From contig NC_043003.1 of the NCBI RefSeq assembly GCF_006345805.1, positions 94,860,001 to 94,924,000 of the forward strand: a stretch of 64,000 nucleotides of DNA, in the 5' to 3' direction. The stretch is from Octopus sinensis (taxonomy: Eukaryota). The notes under the pieces were generated by a model. That model had not been told where the DNA came from. It ran no database searches and was given only the letters and a program-made list of their open reading frames with translations. Positions 51,473 to 64,000 of the stretch are shown here, in pieces (within the stretch, counting starts at the first letter, position 1; each line of letters begins with the position of its first letter). A program made the position numbers and the translations under genes.

Positions 51473-52597
51473 TATATCTGTAAGGTTTTGTTTTGTGTTC
51501 AAGCCAAGCACAAAATATCTGATTTGGGTAGATATCTAAGGTAATAATATGCATCTTTCTTGTGTTATTAAGTGATTGCAGTTCCTCCATCGTTCAGGGC
51601 TGCCAAATCCACTTTGGAGAAGATTATGACTTTGTAGCATCTCTTATAGCAAAAACTAATAAACGCTGAAGATTCTGTAATTTTTGTACGGTTTACCAAG
51701 CAGTTTCACATTTCAATGGGGGGGGGGAATGTTTGTCTCTGCTTCCATGTTAATATGATTAATTGTAATATAATAATTGTTTTGTTTGATTCATTTATTT
51801 TCTATTTAATTTATTTTGGATGTGTATTTATTAACGACAGAAAGAACTGCAGGGTGGAAGGAAAAAGCTGTTACCTAAGAACTGAAGATCTGTAACAGCA
51901 AATGCAAAGATTTTAGTTGCAAGAAAATCGAGTGTGTAATGTTAGCTGAGATTTGATAGAGAAACATGAAGGAAGGGGAGTAGAACTAGTGGTGGTGATG
52001 GAACTAGGATAATATTAGTGGACTGGAATTTGATATAGGGCTGGTGGAGATGAGTGGGATAGAAATTGCTCATAAGGGCTAACAAGGAAGGGTAGGAGTT
52101 GAAAGTAATCAGCTAGAATTTGAACTGATACTTGAAGAAGTGAGAGTATGAATGGCTTGTGAGATAGTAGGGTACCTTGTCACAAGCTGAGAAAGTCAAC
52201 AGTTTGTAATGCTTCATCTGGCATTACATTTTCTTTGTGGTCAAGTATCCAATGAACCAGTCTACCTACTGCCATCATCATCGTTCTCTTTGTTTTTTCA
52301 TGTACTTTTCCATGCTGATATGGGTGGAACAGGATTTTCTGAACTATTTTACAACTGGATGCCCTTTCTGATGCTAACCTATTGCTCCCTATAGCAGAGC
52401 TATGATATATCCTTTCCCAGTTAAACATATTCAGTACAACTTGTTGTGCTATTAAGAAGTTTGCTTCTCAACCATGGGGTTTCATCTTTCAGTCCCACTG
52501 CATGTCACCTCAGGAAAGTATCTTCTACTATAGCCCCAGGCCAACCAAAGCTTTATCAGTGAATTTGGTAGAAGGGAACTGAAAGAAGCTTGTCATA

Positions 52598-52989
52598 TCT
52601 CTTTTACTTGTTTCAGTCATTTGACTGCGGCCATGCTGGAGCACCGCCTTTAATCGAGTAACTCAACCCCAGGACTTATTCTTTTGTAAACCCAGTACTT
52701 ATCGGTCTCTTTTGCCGAACTGCTAAGTAACGGGGGACATAAACACACCAGCATCGGTTGTCAAGCAATGCTAGGGGGACAAACACAGACACACACACAC
52801 ATATATATATATTTATACATATATACAACGGGCTTCTTTCAGTTTCCGTCTACCAAATTCACTCACAAGGCTTTGGTCGGCCCGAGGCTATAGTAGAAGA
52901 CACTTGCCCAAGGTGCCAAGCAGCGGGACTGAACCCGGAACTATGTGGTTCATAAGCATGCTACTTACCACATAGCCACTCCTGCTCCT
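52598..52989 (-). mobile_element. SINE family A
   Basis: Near-consensus copy, preceded by a plus-strand A head at ~52440-52597. Confidence 0.9.
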
Positions 52990-53440
52990 ATATATGTATA
53001 TATATATAAATGTATGTGTGTGTTTGTATTTGCCCTTGTCCTGACATCATGTATTTACAAACTAGCATCACTGTCAAACAAGTACTGTTTGTTTCCAATC
53101 TTCTATACAGAACATGCCTGGTCAACAGGAAATATTACCTTATTTGGAAACAGCTGAGAACTAGAAGGACATCTCACCATAAAAAATCTGCCTCAGAGAA
53201 TTTTGTTTGACCCATACAATCATCAAAAAGTAGACTGTAAATGATGATAATGATCAATGAATATTAGCTTTGCTGATGTAAGAGGAATGAGAGATTTTAA
53301 GTTTATGCTTTTTCATCTAATGTAAGCGCCTCAAACTGAAGGATTTACAAGTAACTGAAGAATCAAACCAGCTGCTCATTGTCCATTGGAAGATTACCTC
53401 CTACTCTGTATATCTCACTGTTCTCTTGAGTTTTGCATTG

Positions 53441-53829
53441 TATGGCTGTGTGGTAAGTAGCTTGCTTACCAACCACATGGTTCTGGGTTCAGTCCCACTG
53501 TGTGCCACCTTGCGCAAGTGTCTTCTACTATAGCTTCGAGCCGGTCGAAGCCTTGTGAGTGGATTTGGTAGACGGAAATTGAAAGAAGCCCATCATGTAT
53601 ATATATATATATATATGTATGTTTGTGTGTCTGTGTTTGTTCCCACCAAGATCGCTTGACAACTGATGCTGGTGTGTTTACGTCCCCGTAACTTAGCAGT
53701 TCAGCAAAAGAGACCAATAAAATAAGTACTAGGCTTACAAAGAATAAGTTCTGGGTCGATTTGCTCGACAAAAGCGGTGCTACAGCATGGCCACAGTCAA
53801 ATGACTGAAACAAGTAAAAGAGTAAAAGA
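53441..53829 (+). mobile_element. SINE family A
   Basis: Near-consensus copy. Confidence 0.9.
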
Positions 53830-54551
53830 CACTTGCTGATTCTGTTCATTAAGCAGATATGTATCACATCTTCATTATGATGTTTAAATTTTTCTCTGAG
53901 AAAAGTTGAACTCTATACAACATTCCAACAAATTATATATTAACATGACAAGCTAACAAGAAAGATAAATCTCCCTGAAATTTTGTGTTACCATATTTCC
54001 AACAAGAATACATTCTGTGAGGAACTATGTGAAGTTTAGTGAAATAACTTAACCCTGTTTCCTACCATATTGAAATACACAGCATTTGTTTCACTTAATT
54101 TTGAAAATAAGCTGGTATTTGGGGCAAAAAATTAACATGCAATTTTAAAAGAAAGTTTTAATTAAGATCACTTTAAAAGAAGAGGTTTGTATCTTAGAAC
54201 CAGAAGCAGTCTTAGGCAAGTTGATATCAAAAGTCTTAAATAAAAGACAATCTTTTTTACTTATTGATTTATTACATTTCATGTGATGCTATTTCAGATG
54301 AAAATTTGAGTTTAGATTTCAACATTTTGATAGAGATAGTAATCAGGTGCTAGTGCCATATAAAAATCACCCCGTAAACACTCTGTAAAGTGGTTGGCTT
54401 TAGGATGGGTATTCAGTCATAGAAAAAATGCCAAAGCCGACAATAGAATTTGGTGCAGATCTCTGACTTGTTAATTCCTGTCAGCCATCAATATCTATAT
54501 CAGCATGGAAAACAAACATTAAATGATGATGAGCTAAATTATACCTGTCTG

Positions 54552-54779
54552 TTTAACCCTTTCATTACTGTATTTATTTTGAGATGCTCTGTGTTTCTTT
54601 GAATTACTTTAAATATGACAAAGAATTTAGTAAAATAACTTAGTTATCATTAAGCTAGTGTTAGGAACATAAATTGTGACTAAGGTTTGGTGGAAGGTTT
54701 TAATTTAAAACTTATGAAAACAAGACGTTTGTACTCAGAACCAGAGCCGGTTTCAGCCGGGTTGGTAATGAAAGGATTA
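54552..54779. mobile_element. piggyBac-like MITE (family 2)
   Basis: TTAACCCTTTCATTAC ... GTAATGAAAGGATTAA. Confidence 0.85.
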
Positions 54780-56262
54780 AAGAAAGAATGAAAGAATGTT
54801 TTGGATAATGCAGTTCTAAATGCATTATGTTTGTTAATTGGGATAATTGTGGATGAAACACTATCATGGGGTCCGGATTAAACAATAACAAAAACAACTG
54901 CCTTTTACAACAGCTAGAAAACTTTGCAACATTTACTTTTAACTATGGGGACTTGGGGTTGAAAGTTCTTATCATCATTAATTTGTCCATCATGACTGAA
55001 TATCTATAGGCTGAAATTTTGTTTGATCTAAGCTTACAAGTGGTACTCAAAAACGGAAATATCAATAACTAGTATGATCATAGATGTTTCATGTTGTATG
55101 GATTATTTCATGTCATAGTGAGCTCAGGAAAATTCCATTCAAATGGTGATTATCCAGACTTGAAGAAAAGGCAAAAATCAAGATACTTTTGGTTTTTAAT
55201 CTTGCTATTCATTGTTAGAGAATTCTTTATAAAAAAGTCTCTAATAAGAAAAATTTTCTTTGCTCCCATCTACATATGCTTTTCAGATCTTCTTTGAATT
55301 AGAGAAAAATGACTAGACAAGATTTTTATGTTCTTAATATGACTTTTTTTTTTCCAGCAGGGTTCTTAGAAAACAGAGCTCAAATTATGACAAAGAAACA
55401 AAATGATAAGCAAAAAATACTTTTGTATCTTTTGATAAAGTAAAATAATACCAAACGAAATAAGTAATAGACAAATTGTTGTTTGACTGCTGAACAGGCT
55501 TTTAGAACCTAGAAAACAAACCAAAGTCTTGTAAACCCAGACTGTATTTGTCATACTACATTTCTTCACTGTTATTGTTATATGTAGCACAAGAGAACTG
55601 GGGTTCTGTAACATAATCATCTTTACAAATAAGGATGTAAGATTGGTTTTTAAAACTGACATTTGCAAAATGTTAGGTTAAAAAATAAACCCAAAAAAGC
55701 TTGTTTCAAAATAATTTTTCATTGAATGAAAGTTATTTTCAAAACACCAGACAAACAAACAATAAGTATTCTTAGCTTGCTATGGAAAGAACGTGAGAGT
55801 GGAGAATAAATGAGCAGTAACAAGGAACTGGCTAGCCAAGTTTGTAATTCCGCTTTAATTCCATTTGTTGCCTGTTTCGCTTCATTTATATGAATGACTA
55901 AAGCTCTGGGGAAAGATATAAATTTTAACTCTACTAAAATTTTCATACCTGAGAAAAGAAGCCTTTAAAAGCATTTTCTAGTTGAACTCTAGCTAGGTCT
56001 AGAAAAAAAAATAGCTAATGTAAACTAGAATCCAGTGGAACTAGATTTGGTTTACATCAGCAAAACTCATCTAATAAAGTTTGTAGATTTGAATAAGTTT
56101 GACTATGGTGAGATGTTTATTCTGATGCTTGAAGCAAAGCTTTTCATTTGAGAAAGCAATTTAAATATTTAATCAGTATTGTTTAAAACACTTTAAAATT
56201 TCTCTCTCTCTCCAAAGACTAACTTTGCTTGCAACATTAATCACATTTTCCCATGACTCTCT

Positions 56263-56637
56263 CTCTCTTTTACTTGTTTCAGTCATTTGACTGTGGCCAT
56301 GCTGGAGCACTGCCTTTAGTCGAGCAATGGGACCCCGGGATTTATTCTTTGTAAGCCCAGTACTTATTCTATTGGTCTCTTTTGCCAAACCGCTAAGTGA
56401 CGGGGACATAAACACACCAGCATCGGTTGTCAAGCAATGCTAGGGGGACAAACACATACATATATATATATACGACAGGCTTCTTTCAGTTTCCGTCTAC
56501 CAAATCCTCTCACAAGGCATTGGTCGGCCCGGAGCTATAGCAGAAGACACTTGCCCAAGATGCCACGCAGTGGGACTGAACCCGGAACCATGTGGTTGGT
56601 TAGCAAGCTACTTACCACACAGCCACTCCTGCACCTA
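56263..56637 (-). mobile_element. SINE family A
   Basis: Near-consensus copy. Confidence 0.9.
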
Positions 56638-56864
56638 TGACATGTAAAATTTATATATATTCCATAATAATGGAACACCTAACGCAAGTGTGGCTGTACA
56701 CAGGCATGGTTGTGTGGTTAAGAAGTTTGCTTCCCTACCACATGGTTTTGGGTTCAGTCCCACTGTGTAGAGACTTGTGTAAATGTTTTCTGTTATAACC
56801 TTATGCTGACTAAGGCTTTGTGATTGAATTTGTTAGGTGCAAACTGAAAGAAACTCATTCGCCT

Positions 56865-57117
56865 GGCCCCGTGCCGGTGACACGTAAAAGCACCATCCGT
56901 TCGTGGCCGTTCGCCAGCTCTGTCTGGCACCTGTGCAGGTGGCACGTAAAAAACACCCACTACACTCGTGGAGTGGTTGGCGTTAGGAAGGGCATCCAGC
57001 CGTAGAAACACTGCCAGATCTGACTGGGCCTGACGAAGCCTTCCAGCTTCACAGACCCCAGTTGACCCGTCCAACCCATGCTAGCATGGAAAGCGGACGC
57101 TAAACGATGATGATGAT
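56865..57117 (+). mobile_element. RTE-type 3' end with two tandem units
   Basis: gtgccggtgacacg..., ggaagggcatcc, ccatgctagcatgg and (GAT)n. Confidence 0.85.
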
Positions 57118-57458
57118 ATATAAAGCAAGATAGGGGTTATGAAAGTAACCCACGATGGGATAGCCATTATCCAATATACTACTGGTAAAGTACCCAAATA
57201 CTAAATACATAAATGCTTATAATTGCAATGCAATTAATTCATTTATTGTATTCAGTGGGTGAAGGTAAAAAATATTTTACCATAAATTCATAATACAAAT
57301 AAGAAAATGGAGGAACAAATTTATTTCGATCATCAACTTATGGATATTACAATTTCATATTATCTATTAATTATACAAATAGGAACATGAAAATCAAACA
57401 AAACAATATACATCAATATGCAAATTAATAATAAATAAAAATAATACAAATAAACTGC

Positions 57459-57590
57459 TCCTTACAGCTGTTTCAGCCTATGGTCAAGAGACAATCCAAC
57501 TTAAATTGCCCATAGATGCCATTGTAATATAGTCCTAGGCATTAAAGATTATATTTGTCTGTTTAAATAACCAAAGGCCTCGTCATAGGA
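57459..57590 (-). ncRNA. Hammerhead-ribozyme-like motif (minimal type I, C3A variant), probably within a Penelope-like element remnant (~57120-57700)
   Basis: Minus strand: TCCT-ATGACGA-GGCCT-[95 nt]-AGGCT-GAAA-C-AGCT-GT-A-AGGA. Stem I TCCT/AGGA, stem II GGCCT/AGGCT, palindromic ACAGCTGT stem III, GUA triplet. Confidence 0.55.
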
Positions 57591-57775
57591 TATACATAAC
57601 TATAGAATTATAATAATAATATTGATATATAAAAAACATGCTACTCATACTATCCAATAAAAACAGGAAAATAAATAAGACAGATATTCAAAATACACAC
57701 ACACACATATATATATATATATACACACACATAAACACACACACATATATATATATACACACACACACACAAACA

Positions 57776-57819
<44 letters not shown>

Positions 57820-59039
57820 TATATATGCATATACACTAGTGTGTATGTATATAGTGGTGTCTTCTTGTCTTGACCTTGCATGTTAGTTGTAAATAATTGT
57901 CACTTTCATACAAGTAGTGTCATTCATTTCCATTAATCTGTGAAAACATGTCTGGTCATGGGGAAATATTTACATTAGTTGGAAACAGGTGAGGGTTGGG
58001 TTGGCAACAGGAAGGACATCTAGTAGTAAAAAAAATCTATCTCTGTAAACTCCATCCAACCCATGCAAGCATTGAAATGTAGGCATTGATTTATATGCCA
58101 TCATTATGAGATCTTCTGCATGCTGAATTGAAAAGAATACAAATTCTTTATCTGTTTTGCTTTTGTAATTATCATCAGTTGGACTTTGAGAAACTTCAGT
58201 GAATTAATTTCATTGAGATGTATCATTTATTTTCTTTTGCTAAAAGCATTAGAGATGTTTTAACTCTTTAGCATTTGATGATAAAATTTTTTTGCAAAGC
58301 AAACTTGAGTTGTGGATGTTTGCTAAATACTTTGGCACACTATAATATTTTTAGTGTTTTTTTTTAACATTTATAACAGCAGTAAAAACGGAATAACAAC
58401 TATAAGGCATCCTCTAAAGAAAGACAATACAATACAATGCAAAGCAATATTCCTTTCTTCTTATTTATTTTTAGTTATCTTCCTATTAACTTTTTTTTCT
58501 CTTATTTGATTCTGTTTTTCTTCTCATTTACTGTTTTATTTCTGTAACTAGTAGGCACATAGATGGCGACAAAATACTGTAACTAATTTTATAATATATC
58601 ACTTGAGGCAAAAAGGGTGTTAAATCAATCATGATAAAACTGTTGTTTCATTCTTCATTTCTGGTTCTGAAGTTTTCTACATGACTTAACAATTCAGCAA
58701 CTCTCTTGGCAGTTGTCAAGATTTGAGTATTTTATTAGATTGTCTGTATTTCTAATTCCAGTATCAAACCTACATGTTTTGTTCTAATATGATGTATGTC
58801 CCATTGTTAGCCAGTGACTATGGTACAAGTGATACAGTTCATTAGATTTACAACAATATTTTATTATTTTGTTCAGTGTGCAATGTTTCTGAATTTAATG
58901 ATGTTGAGATTGACTTGTCTATCTTAAAAGTTCCTCCAATAAGTATTAACAACACATCTAGGTTTATTCACTGACAGCGCTACATTTCGGTGAAACATGA
59001 ACCCTTTCATTACAATATTTCTGTTGAAGTAAATTGTCT

Positions 59040-59470
59040 TTCATCATCATCATCATCGTTTAACATCCACTTTCCATGCTAGCATGGGTTAGACGAATGA
59101 CTGAGGGCTGGCGAACCAAATGACTGCACCAGGCTTCAATCTTGATCTGGCAGAGTTTCTACAGCTGGATGCCCTTCCTAATACCAACCACTCCGAGAGT
59201 GTAGTGGGTGCTTTTACGTGCCACCGGCACGGGGCCAGTCAGGCGGTACTGATAACGACCTCGCTCAAATCTTTTACACATGCCACCGGTACAGGTGCCA
59301 GTAAGGTGATGCTGGTAACGATCATGTCTTTTACATGCCACCGGCATGGAGGCCAGGTAGCTATTCTGGCAACGATCACGCTCGGATGGTGCTCTTAACA
59401 CCCGACTAGCATAGGGATTGAGTGCCAGTAAGGTGATGCTGGTAATGATCATGCTCGAATGGTGCCTTTT
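59040..59470 (-). mobile_element. RTE-type 3' end with about five tandem units, inside a piggyBac-like MITE (~59000-59655)
   Basis: (CAT)n start and repeated tgccaccggca units. MITE body is present on both sides. Confidence 0.8.
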
Positions 59471-59679
59471 GTGTCCCTTAATTCTAAAAATTATGAAAAA
59501 TTTAGTAAAATACATTGTCGTTATTAAGCTGTTGTTTTAAACATAGATTAACATGAAGTTTTGATGGGAAGTTTTAATTCAGATCATTTTAAACCTGAAG
59601 CTTGTATCAAATAACTAGGTGTAGTCTTGGGCAGGTTGATATCAAAGGAGTTGATCTAGACAACAGGTAAGCTGATTGC

Positions 59680-59905
59680 ACCTCCACACAGTCATTATGG
59701 ATATTATTCAACCACCTCATTCTTGGTCTACCCCTAGGTCTCCTGCCAGTTGGTTTGGCTTGAAGAATCCATCTTGTGGTTCTTTCCTGTGATATTCTAA
59801 TCACATGTCTGTAGTACCAGAGCTGTGATTTCTCAATGCAGAGAATTATCAGCTCCTTGATCCCCAGCCTACTTACTATGTCAAGTAACTTTCTGCCAGA
59901 GAGCA
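59680..59905 (-). mobile_element. RTE LINE post-RT fragment
   Basis: IEKSQLWYYRHVIRISQERTTRWILQAKPTGRRPRGRPRMRWLNNI matches the RTE RLRW.GHV.RM...G.RP.GRP..RW.D motif. Confidence 0.85.
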
Positions 59906-59929
59906 ACAGGAAAGAATAATTTTCTCTTT

Positions 59930-60330
59930 TCTCTTATACTTGTTTCAGTCATTTGACTGTGGCCATGCTGGAGCACCGCCTTTAATCGAGCAACTCGACC
60001 CTGGGACTTATTCTTTTGTAAGCCCAGTACTTATTCTATCGGTCTCTTTTGCCGAAATGCTAAGTAACGGGGACATAAACACACCAGCATCGGTTGTCAA
60101 GCAATGCTAGGGGGACAAACACAGACACACAAACACACACACGCATATATATATATACATATATACGACGGGCTTCTTTCAGTTTCCGTCTACCAAATCC
60201 ACTCACAAGTCTTTGGTTGGCCCGAGGCTATAGTAGAAGACACTTGCCCAAGGTGCCACGCAGTGGGACTGAACTCGGAACCATGTGGTTGTTAAACAAG
60301 CTACTTACCACACAGCCACTCCTGCGCCTA
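59930..60330 (-). mobile_element. SINE family A
   Basis: Near-consensus copy. Confidence 0.9.
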
Positions 60331-61456
60331 TTTATTTAAGTTTTTTTAATACTTTTGCCATCTGTAGTCACTGCCCTTAAAATTCTTAAAACAATTACTA
60401 GCAGCTTTTAACTGTAACATCATCATTCATCACATTAGTTTAATGCTCGTTTTCTTTCATGCCTGTTGTGATTTAAAGTTTTCGAGCGTGACTAAATTAG
60501 CCTCAATAACATTGTAACGAACAGTTTAATTTTCTTGTTGATAAATTTCTTCTTCATTACCTTGCTTCTTTGATACTACATTGATATACAGAAAAAAATG
60601 CTATTACTTAATTCTTTATTTTTGTGTTGTCTAACATAAAGAGGACGGCAAGGTCATTAGTCATTCTTATGGTTTTTGCTTCTGGTCAGTCATAATCAAT
60701 CAAACTTTTGATCAAAAGTGTTCCAGCCATGATTTTCCAGCTTTTTCATCCCAATGTATCAAGGATTCATTATTCAATGTGTTCTACACTCCTTTTAAAG
60801 ATGTTAACATGTAATTTTAAGGAAACTTGGCATCTGTTTCTATATAGTTGATCAACTGTGTAAAGGTTCCCTTGTTGGTTGTGCTTATAGTTGTTTTTAA
60901 CTAATGCTCTGTTGGAGTGTGGCAACTTGGAGTGTTTTGAACTATATAGATCCAAGCCAATCAAAGCCTTGTGAGTGGATTTGGTAGACAGAAACTGAAA
61001 GAAGTCTTATGTATTTATGTATATATATGTCTGTCAGTCTGTTTGGTTGTGTATGTTTGCGTGATTGAGTTTGGATTTTCCCTGTGTTTACTCATTTATA
61101 ATCAGTGGCTTCCTGTTAGTGTTCTTTGCTTGCAGTCCGACAATGAAAATGTATCTGGAATTCTTGACATGTCTGGACATGTTGCTCAGTTTTTGTAAAC
61201 AAATGGCTCATTTGTGTTTGGGTTGTTTGTTGTTTGACAGACTGGGAGATCATTCCCCCACCTCCTGAAAACAAGTGAGAGTCAACAACTTGAAAGACAT
61301 CTGACCATATAAAAACTCTGCACCAACACACTCATCTGATCCAAGCAAATTTGGAAAGTTAAATGTTAAAAAAAAGATGAGTAAATGGGAGAGTAATTTA
61401 TGGGGAAAACTAACTGCTTCACTGTATTTTGTCCATTTGGATTTGTGTCTGTAGAT

Positions 61457-62283
61457 CAGTGGTTCTCAGTCGTGATCCATATGGTCCTTGAGAGTCCATA
61501 TAAGATTTTGGAAGGCCTACTCAAAAGAATAGTAAATTGGGAATCCACAATAGTATTTTAAGGATGCCCGAAAAATGTTTGCTTGAGCTATGTCAGTATT
61601 TATTGCAAGAAACAGTGAGGTTTCTTTCTCAAATGTTTTCCATAGTTCGATCAACATAGTTTAATTTGTGAAATACAAAATAGGAATTTTGAAAGAAGTT
61701 TCTATAAAAATAGTTTTTAAACATTGAGTATAATCTGCATTTTTTCCCCAAAATTTAATGGTCAAAATCTCTAGTGCGTACTATATACGAGGTTAAAAAT
61801 GAAAAATATTTTCTAAGCAATGTCCGAGTCTCTATTTGCTGTCTGGCAATGTTTATTCAGATGCATTTTGTGATGTCGGGTGCGAAAATACCTTAAGCTA
61901 AGCCTGAAAGCAATGAAGTCATAAAAGAATCATCCATAACTTGCAGTAAGCAACATTTATTAAAATAAAAGTATTCAGAACACAGAATAACATGTAACAA
62001 AAACAATTTGCAAACATATTTACATTCCCATATAACAGTTAAGAACATCACCATTATTGTATTACGCATGCACGGAAGTGTTTGTTCGACTAGGTGCTGC
62101 TGGCTTAATTGCGCACGACTCAGGTTAGAGAAGGGGTGCGTATTATACATAAGGTTAAGGTTTTTCAGAAGTACAGCCCCCTAAAAATCCCCTGCATATT
62201 ATACTCAAGGGCGGACAATACTCGAGGATTTACAGCAGTTTATCAAATAGGTCCATAGATAAAATAACAGTTGAGAAGCCCTG
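61457..62283. mobile_element. Non-autonomous hAT element carrying a nested MITE
   Basis: TIRs CAGTGGTTCTCA / TGAGAAGCCCTG. TSD CTGTAGAT / CTCTAGAT (7/8). Confidence 0.8.
61726..62235. mobile_element. pogo/Tc2-like MITE, left end truncated
   Basis: Right end ...atattatactcaagggcggacaatactcgaggatttacag. The left ttgagtataatctgca is its inverted subterminal match. Internal gtgcgta.tata repeats. Confidence 0.55.
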
Positions 62284-62505
62284 CTCTAGATACTGTGCTT
62301 GCTTCTGGAGTGGTGGAGGGTGGGGAGTAAATCAGTAAAAGAAGTGTCAAGTTATACTTAATCAATTACAATTGACATGGTCTGGTTTCATGTTGAAGTT
62401 AGGAATCATTACCATAAGTTATACTAGTAGTTCCAGGTTCCAAAGAATTTAATATTCACATTCTCTAACTGCAAAGTGGATTTATAACTCTTATTATTAT
62501 TATTA

Positions 62506-62535
<30 letters not shown>

Positions 62536-62537
<2 letters not shown>

Positions 62538-62844
62538 TGTGCAACTTGCTAATTCAAGCTTTCACATGTAAATTCGTCTCGTTTAGTTCGTTTATACATT
62601 TAGGTAGTTTTATCTTTAACGTATTTGTTTCATTCTGTGCTTTGCATTCTATGCATCATCATCATCCTCCTCCTCATCATCATTATTATTATTATTATTA
62701 TTTGTGCAACTTGCTAATTCAAGCTTTCACATGTAAATTCGTCTCGTTTAGTTCGTTTATACATTTAGGTAGTTTTATCTTTAACGTATTTGTTTCATTC
62801 TGTGCTTTGCATTCTATGCATCATCATCATCCTCCTCCTCATCA

Positions 62845-62878
<34 letters not shown>
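62536..62878. repeat. Perfect 165-bp tandem duplication bounded by (TTA)n
   Basis: Identical units start at 62536 and 62701. Confidence 0.95.
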
Positions 62879-62879
<1 letters not shown>

Positions 62880-63765
62880 TTTACAAAAACATTCTACTTG
62901 ATATTATTTCTAATGTCAGAAGCATTGCAACAAGATAAATCACCTAGCTAACATTTAAACACCATGTAACAAATTCTCATTTTTTTCTTTTCAATTTATT
63001 TTATTTAAAAATTTATTTGTGGCTTGTAGGAAAATACTAATGCTTTTTTGCATATGATATTTTCTTTGAATCAGCATTGATGCGCCATGATTTTAAAAAG
63101 AAAGATAGAGAGAAAAGGCAGCAGAGAAAAAAAAAAAATTAGAGGAAAATTCGAAATTTAAGTTTAATATAATTTTGTAAAAATATTTTAAATTTTAGTT
63201 TTGAATTAACTTTGTTACTTTACAAAATAGAAGGCGAGAGAGAAATATATTTGTGTAATTATCTTTTAGTTCACTTTTATTTTCTGCTGTTCTGCTGGAA
63301 GTAATGGATAAGCCTATGGTTTTTCTATGTATATTGTGATTAATGATTTTATATCAGAATAGTGTTACGCAGTTATAGTCTGGCACATCATGCTGCTTTT
63401 ACATACAGCTCTATATTCTGGGTTCTGCTTCTAAATTCTTTTCTTTTTTATTTATTTCTTAGCTTCTTCAAACAGATTCTAAACTTGTTTCTTTTACTTT
63501 TGGTACTTTTCTGGGTATTCTTTTCAGTCTTTTATGTTATTCCATGGTTTCTGTCTCTTTTTGCCTTCTGTAATTTTTTTTCTTTTCTCTTTTATTAACA
63601 TCTTGCTTTCTTCCTTCCTCTTACTTTTCTCCTTCTCACACTTTCCTTTCCTTGATTTCTTTTTTCCTTCAACCTCCTTTTTTTCTTCTTCTCAGCTTCA
63701 TTTCAACTTTTTCTCTACCTCTGATCTCCCTCTTTTCTTTAATTTCTCTCCCTTTTCTCTCTTTA

Positions 63766-64000
63766 CTCTTTACTCTTTTACTAGTTTCAGTCATTTGACT
63801 GCGGCCATGCTGGAGCACCGCCTTTAGTCGAGCAAATCGACCCCAGGACTTATTCTTTGTAAGCCTAGTTCTGATTCTATCGGTCTCTTTTGCCAAACTG
63901 CTAAGTTACGGGGATGTAAGCCTAGTACTTATTTTATTGGTCTCTTTTACTGAACCGCTAAGTTACGGGGACGTAAACACACCAGCATCGGTTTTCAAGC
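63766..64000 (-). mobile_element. SINE family A 3' part (runs off window), with an internal duplication
   Basis: The tail consensus segment ...ggtctctttt...ctaagttacgggga occurs twice. Confidence 0.85.

Noticed and set aside
55366-55946. Hydrophobic AT-rich ORFs as a NUMT or receptor fragment
   Set aside because: No recognisable mitochondrial or GPCR motifs; the hydrophobicity is expected from T-rich codons.
57031-57060. CTGACGA followed by a short stem, as a second hammerhead
   Set aside because: No GAAA after the stem; it is part of the RTE-type tail.
62537-62938. 133-aa ORF with a repeated unit and poly-H/Y
   Set aside because: It arises from the 165-bp (3n) duplication and CAT/TAT microsatellites, and starts at TTG.

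Overview
AT-rich eukaryotic, repeat-dense DNA with no confidently identifiable host protein-coding gene, RNA gene or CRISPR array. The repeat families (tRNA-headed SINEs, RTE-type (GAT)n-tailed retroelements, TTAA-flanked MITEs, abundant (TA)n/(CA)n/(TTA)n/(CAT)n) look like an octopus/coleoid cephalopod intron or intergenic region; this is inferred from recalled repeat consensus, not from a search. Contents: dozens of SINE copies of at least four families; fossil LINE fragments (CR1, RTE, R4-like and HERO-like); two decayed Tc1/mariner transposases; three hAT elements with 8-bp TSDs; piggyBac-like MITEs; a pogo-like MITE; and a possible solo LTR. Many of these are nested. Nearly all listed ORFs are repeat- or microsatellite-derived. 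Most notable: (i) a minimal type-I hammerhead-ribozyme-like motif at 57459-57590 (-) with a palindromic stem III, a long hairpin stem II and a non-canonical C3->A; (ii) a 1065-bp mariner with perfect 27-bp TIRs whose transposase runs in frame into a foreign ~440-bp coding-like segment containing a frame-restoring 40-nt GT-AG intron-like piece; (iii) close inverted SINE pairs (potential ADAR substrates); (iv) a few weak minus-strand exon candidates. Boundaries of diverged repeats are approximate.
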